DNA of 32,000 nucleotides from Thiobacillus denitrificans DSM 12475 (GTDB lineage Bacteria; Pseudomonadota; Gammaproteobacteria; Burkholderiales; Thiobacillaceae): NCBI RefSeq assembly GCF_000376425.1, contig NZ_AQWL01000001.1, positions 348,846 to 380,845 of the forward strand, read 5' to 3'. Shown piece by piece: positions 25,048 to 32,000 of this stretch (position 1 is its first letter; each line of letters starts with the position of its first letter). The notes under the pieces were generated by a model. It saw only the letters and a program-made list of their open reading frames with translations, ran no database searches and was not told where the DNA came from. The position numbers and the translations under genes were made by a program.

Positions 25048-26367
25048 TTAACCTCGGGCGGTGAGTTTGCTGCGCCAGTAGCCGGCGCGGGCGGCCAGGT
25101 CCTCGGTGTCGAGATCGACCAGGCGACGATCATTCAGTTTCAGCTTGCCGTCGACCCAGACGTGGGTGACGTGTTCGCGCCCGGCAACGTAAACCAGGTG
25201 CGAGACCGGGTCAAATACCGGCTGGCTGGACACGGCATGCAGGTCGACCGCGACCAGGTCGGCGCGTTTGCCGGGGGCGATGCTGCCGATGCGGTCGTCC
25301 AGGTTGAGCGCGCGGGCGGCGTCGAGCGTCGCCATTTTCAGTGCGGCGGCGGCGGGCAGGGCGGCAGCATTATCGCTGGTGCCCTTGGCCAGCAGGGCAG
25401 CCAGGCGCATCTCGGCGAACAGATCGAGACGGTTGTTGCTGGCGGCGCTATCGGTGCCGAGGCCGAGATTGATGCCTGCCGCGGCGAGCCTGGCCAGCGG
25501 CGCGATGCCGGAGGCCAGTTTCAGGTTCGAGGTGGGGCAATGCGCCACGTGGCAGCCGTGTTGCGCCAGCAGGTCGATCTCGGCGTCGCTGACATGCACG
25601 GCATGGACGCCGATGAAATTCGGCCCCAGCAGGCCGAGCCGCGCCAGCCGCTCCAGCGGGCGCACGCCATACTGATTCACGCTGTCGCGGATTTCGTCAG
25701 CGGTTTCGTGGATATGGGTGTGGATGGGCAGGCCGAGCTGTGCGGCCAGGGTGTTGATGCGGTCGAAGGTGGCGTCCGCGATGGTGTAGGGCGCGTGCGG
25801 CGCAAAGGCGAAGGAGACCAGTGGCTCTTCCTTCAGTTCGTCGCGCAGGGCGAGACCCTTGGCCAGGTAATCGTCGGCATCGGCGGCATAGGCGCTGGGG
25901 CGTTCCAGTACGAACATTCCCAGGGTGGCGCGCATCCCCGCCTGCAGAAAGGCTTCGCCCGCGGCTTGCGGGAAGAAATACATGTCGTTGCAGCAGGTGA
26001 CGCCGCCGGCCAGCATTTCGGCGGCGGCGAGCAGGGTGCCGTCGCGCACGAAGGCCTCGGATACGTGCTTTTTTTCGGCTGGCCAGATGTGTCCGTTAAG
26101 CCAGGCCATCAGCGGCAGGTCGTCGGCAAAGCCGCGCATGAGCGACATCGCGGCGTGGCCATGCAGATTGACGAAGCCCGGAATCAGCGCGCGGCCGGGC
26201 AGGGCGATCGTCTGGCGGGCGTCGTAGCGGACTTGCGCGGCATCGGCGGGCAGTACGTCGAGAATGCGGCCGTCCTGCACCACGACGGCGTGGTCGGTGA
26301 AGGCGCCCGCAGTTTCGACGGGCACCACCCATTGCGGCAGGAGAAGGAAGTCGGCAGAGGCTTGCAT
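25048..26367 (-). CDS. mtaD: TRZ/ATZ-family amidohydrolase (MTA/SAH deaminase-like)
   Basis: Metal ligands [34 protein letters not shown] 26367 is preferred; alternative starts are ATG 26379 and GTG 26385. Confidence 0.75.
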   Translation of the reverse strand: MQASADFLLLPQWVVPVETAGAFTDHAVVVQDGRILDVLPADAAQVRYDARQTIALPGRALIPGFVNLHGHAAMSLMRGFADDLPLMAWLNGHIWPAEKKHVSEAFVRDGTLLAAAEMLAGGVTCCNDMYFFPQAAGEAFLQAGMRATLGMFVLERPSAYAADADDYLAKGLALRDELKEEPLVSFAFAPHAPYTIADATFDRINTLAAQLGLPIHTHIHETADEIRDSVNQYGVRPLERLARLGLLGPNFIGVHAVHVSDAEIDLLAQHGCHVAHCPTSNLKLASGIAPLARLAAAGINLGLGTDSAASNNRLDLFAEMRLAALLAKGTSDNAAALPAAAALKMATLDAARALNLDDRIGSIAPGKRADLVAVDLHAVSSQPVFDPVSHLVYVAGREHVTHVWVDGKLKLNDRRLVDLDTEDLAARAGYWRSKLTARG

Positions 26368-26493
26368 GGTGGCCCGCATTCTCACCGTTTAGGATTGGAT
26401 TGGCAAAGGCGGAGACCGTTTGGCAAAGGCGGGCGGGGCGGGCGGCCATGCTAAAATCGCGGGCTTTAAAGCCTGAATAAATAAAAGCCGGTT

Positions 26494-29052
<2,559 letters not shown>

Positions 29053-29055
29053 GGT

Positions 29056-30135
29056 ATGACGATCTACAACTTCAGCGCCGGCCCGGCCGTGCTGCCCAGG
29101 GACGTATTGCAGCAGGTGCAGGCCGAACTGGTCGACTGGCACGGCTCCGGCATGTCGGTGATGGAAATGAGCCATCGCGGCAAGGAATTCATGGGCATCG
29201 CTGCCGAGGCGGAAGCCGACCTGCGCGAGTTGATGGGAATCCCCGCCAACTACAAGGTGCTGTTCCTGCAGGGCGGCGCCTCCTCGCAGTTCGCCATGGT
29301 GCCGATGAATCTCCTGCGCGGCAAAGTCTCCGCCGATTATCTCAACACTGGCGAGTGGTCGAAGAAAGCGATCAAGGAAGCGAAGAAATACGGTGCGGTA
29401 AACGTGGTGGCGACGAGCGAAGACAGGAACTTCAGCTATGCGCCGGCGCAGGATCAGTGGAAGCTCGACCCTAATGCGGCCTACGTGCACTACACACCGA
29501 ACGAAACCATCGGCGGGGTGGAAATCTTCTGGACGCCGGAGACCGGCAGCGTACCGCTGGTGGCGGACATGTCGTCGACCATCCTGTCGCGCCCGATCGA
29601 CGTATCGAAGTTCGGCGTGATCTACGCCGGCGCGCAGAAGAACATCGGCCCGGCCGGGCTGACCATCGTCATCGTACGCGACGACCTGATCGGCGAGACG
29701 GTGAAAGGCACGCCGACCATGTTCGACTACAAGATCCACGCCGACAACGACTCGATGTACAACACGCCGGCCACCTTCGCCATGTACACCGCAGGGCTGG
29801 TGTTCAAGTGGCTGAAGGCGCGCGGCGGTCTCGCCGCGATGGAAAAGACCAATCGCGAGAAGGCCGGCCTGCTGTACGACACCCTCGACGCGACCGACTT
29901 CTATGCCTCGCCGGTGGCGAAGGAAAACCGCTCGCTGATGAATATCCCCTTCACCTTGAAGGACGCCGCGCTCGACGAGGCCTTCCTCAAGCTCGCCAAG
30001 GAGCGTGGTCTCTTGCAATTGAAGGGACACCGCTCGGTGGGCGGCATGCGCGCCTCGATCTACAACGCGATGCCGCTCGAGGGGGTGCGCGCGCTGGTCG
30101 ACTGCATGCGCGAATTCGAGAAAAGCCATGGCTGA
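29056..30135 (+). CDS. serC: phosphoserine aminotransferase
   Basis: 359 aa. [32 protein letters not shown] (PLP lysine). Confidence 0.93.
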   Translation: MTIYNFSAGPAVLPRDVLQQVQAELVDWHGSGMSVMEMSHRGKEFMGIAAEAEADLRELMGIPANYKVLFLQGGASSQFAMVPMNLLRGKVSADYLNTGEWSKKAIKEAKKYGAVNVVATSEDRNFSYAPAQDQWKLDPNAAYVHYTPNETIGGVEIFWTPETGSVPLVADMSSTILSRPIDVSKFGVIYAGAQKNIGPAGLTIVIVRDDLIGETVKGTPTMFDYKIHADNDSMYNTPATFAMYTAGLVFKWLKARGGLAAMEKTNREKAGLLYDTLDATDFYASPVAKENRSLMNIPFTLKDAALDEAFLKLAKERGLLQLKGHRSVGGMRASIYNAMPLEGVRALVDCMREFEKSHG

Positions 30136-31306
30136 TGCGCGCAAGGTGCTCACCCTCAACGCCATTTCCGCGCGCGGATTGGCGCGGTTGCCCGAGCATT
30201 ACATCGTCGGCGGCGACATTGCCGACCCGGACGGCATCCTGGTGCGTTCGGCCAACATGCACGAGATGGAGATTCCCGCCTCGGTGCAGGCGATCGGCCG
30301 CGCCGGTGCCGGCACTAACAACATCCCGGTGAAAAAGCTGTCGGAACGCGGAGTGCCGGTGTTCAATGCGCCGGGCGCTAACGCCAATGCGGTGAAGGAA
30401 CTGGTGATCGCCGGTATGTTGATGGGCGCGCGCAATCTGGTGCCGGCGCTGAAGTTCGTCGAAGGCCTGGCCGGCAGCGACGAGGAAATGCACAAGGCGA
30501 CCGAGGCCGGCAAGAAGCAGTTCGGCGGCATGGAACTGCCGGGCCGCACGCTCGGCATCATCGGTCTTGGTGCGATCGGCTCCTATATCGCCGAAGCCGC
30601 GATCAAGCTCGGCATGAACGTGGTCGGCTTCGATCCTGCGATCACGGTGGACGCTGCCTGGCGCCTGCCGTCGCAGGTCAGGCGCGCCGAGAGCGTGGAA
30701 GAAGTGCTGCGCCAAGCCGACTTCGTCACCCTGCACGTGCCGCTGCTGGATACCACGCGCAACCTCATCGATGCCCAGCGTATCGGCGTCATGCGCAGCG
30801 GCGCGGTGCTGCTCAACTTTGCGCGCGAGGGCGTGGTCGACAACGCCGCCGTGATCGAGTCACTCGATGCCGGCAAGCTGCATGCCTACATCTGCGACTT
30901 CCCGGCGAATGCGCTGAAGGGCCATGCCCGGGTCGTCGCGCTGCCGCATCTGGGCGCCAGTACCTCCGAGGCCGAAGAAAACTGTGCCGTGATGGTGGCG
31001 GAGCAGCTTACCGACTACCTGGAAAACGGCAATATCCGCAATGCGGTCAACTTTCCCAATGTCAAACTGACGCGCGAATCGGCGTATCGCATCGCGATCG
31101 CCAATGCCAACGTACCCAACATGGTGGGACAGATTTCGTCGGTGCTGGCCGCCGCCGGACTCAATATCCACAACATGGTCAACAAATCCAGGGGCGACAT
31201 GGCCTATACCCTGACCGATGTCGACAGCGCGGTGAGCGATGCCGTGATGCGCCAGCTGGCCGGGATTGCCGGCGTGCTTGCGGTGCATTATCTGCCCGCA
31301 GCCTGA
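30128..31306 (+). CDS. serA: D-3-phosphoglycerate dehydrogenase-like 2-hydroxyacid dehydrogenase with C-terminal ACT domain
   Basis: 392 aa. NAD motif [13 protein letters not shown], catalytic-region [11 protein letters not shown]...PHLGAST.EA, and an ACT-like tail. 8-nt overlap with serC. Confidence 0.75.
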   Translation: MADARKVLTLNAISARGLARLPEHYIVGGDIADPDGILVRSANMHEMEIPASVQAIGRAGAGTNNIPVKKLSERGVPVFNAPGANANAVKELVIAGMLMGARNLVPALKFVEGLAGSDEEMHKATEAGKKQFGGMELPGRTLGIIGLGAIGSYIAEAAIKLGMNVVGFDPAITVDAAWRLPSQVRRAESVEEVLRQADFVTLHVPLLDTTRNLIDAQRIGVMRSGAVLLNFAREGVVDNAAVIESLDAGKLHAYICDFPANALKGHARVVALPHLGASTSEAEENCAVMVAEQLTDYLENGNIRNAVNFPNVKLTRESAYRIAIANANVPNMVGQISSVLAAAGLNIHNMVNKSRGDMAYTLTDVDSAVSDAVMRQLAGIAGVLAVHYLPAA

Positions 31307-31310
31307 CCCG

Positions 31311-32000
31311 ATGGATGAGGAACTGAAGGCGCTGCGCGCGCGCATCGACGGCATTGACGACAGCTTGCTGCAGCTGGTTTCCGAACGTGCACGCCTTGCG
31401 CAAGCTGTCGGCCGTGCCAAGAACGGCGAAAAGATCTATCGTCCCGAGCGTGAAGCCCAGATCGTGCGCCGCCTGCGCGAAACCAACCCGGGGCCGCTCG
31501 ACGGCGACACCGTCGAGCGCCTGATCCGTGAAGTCATGTCGGCCTGCCGGGCGCTGGAACAGAATATCCGCGTGGCCTACCTGGGCCCGGCCGGCACCTT
31601 CAGCCAGGCGGCCGCCTACAAGCACTTCGGGCATGCCGTCGAGGCGGTTGCCGAAGCCGATATCGACGCCTGTTTCCGCGCCGTCGAAACCGGACGTGCC
31701 GATTTTGCCGTGGTGCCAGTGGAAAATTCCACCGAGGGTGCGATTTCGCGCACGCTCGATCTGATCGTCGCCAGCCCGCTCAGGATCTGCGGCGAGATCA
31801 TGCTGCCGATTCACCAGAACCTGATGCGCAAAAGCGCAGGCCTGGAAGGCATCGAGCGCGTCTATGGCCATGCCCAGTCGCTTGCACAGTGCCAGAACTG
31901 GCTCAACCGGCACCTGCCCCGGGCCGAGCGGGTGAGCGTCGTCAGCAACAGCGAAGGCGCGCGCCGTGCCGCTGCAGAACCCGCAGCCGCCACGCTTGGC
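31311..32000 (+). CDS. pheA: chorismate mutase/prephenate dehydratase (P-protein), 3' truncated by the window
   Basis: Hand translation: MDEELKALRARIDGIDDSLLQLVSERARLA (CM domain), then RVAYLGPAGTFSQAAA...FAVVPVENSTEG (PDT domain). Open to the window end, so absent from the ORF track. Confidence 0.88.
   Translation, partial: MDEELKALRARIDGIDDSLLQLVSERARLAQAVGRAKNGEKIYRPEREAQIVRRLRETNPGPLDGDTVERLIREVMSACRALEQNIRVAYLGPAGTFSQAAAYKHFGHAVEAVAEADIDACFRAVETGRADFAVVPVENSTEGAISRTLDLIVASPLRICGEIMLPIHQNLMRKSAGLEGIERVYGHAQSLAQCQNWLNRHLPRAERVSVVSNSEGARRAAAEPAAATLG

Overview
High-GC (about 65% by eye) proteobacterial chromosome segment; the gyrA-serC-pheA and ubiG-gph gene order suggests a betaproteobacterium (inference). 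Four blocks. (1) 1-8054, minus strand: a tightly coupled type II secretion-like operon, gspG-gspF-gspE, then four PilM/N/O/P-like assembly genes, a lipoprotein secretin, a second GspG-like pseudopilin and the start of a third pilin. (2) 8055-17100: the accessory region. A 745-bp ORF-poor divergent spacer precedes an Rhs/YD-repeat polymorphic toxin locus on the plus strand. It holds one full-length rhs, whose signal-peptide N-terminus sits in a different frame from the core, and four downstream displaced C-terminal toxin (CT) modules. Each CT is followed by a small polytopic membrane ORF, the presumed immunity gene. An internally deleted rhs core fragment and a 56-nt footprint of a GspE-like gene end the block. 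Three CTs carry the secreted phospholipase A2 signature (xCGxG loop plus C(C)xxHDxCY). All four CTs are cysteine-rich and low-GC. No PAAR, VgrG or T6SS gene is in the window. (3) 17.2-22.5 kb: BON lipoprotein, catalase, GlsB/YmgE-type membrane protein, ChrA and an EamA transporter. (4) 22.8-32 kb, housekeeping: tmRNA (tag ANDENYALAA), SirB-family protein, gph, ubiG, MtaD-like amidohydrolase, gyrA, serC, a serA-like dehydrogenase and pheA (partial). I saw no CRISPR array, tRNA, rRNA, transposase or integrase. Most long ORFs antisense to these genes are GC-driven shadows. All motif calls come from reading the translations by eye; no database search was run.
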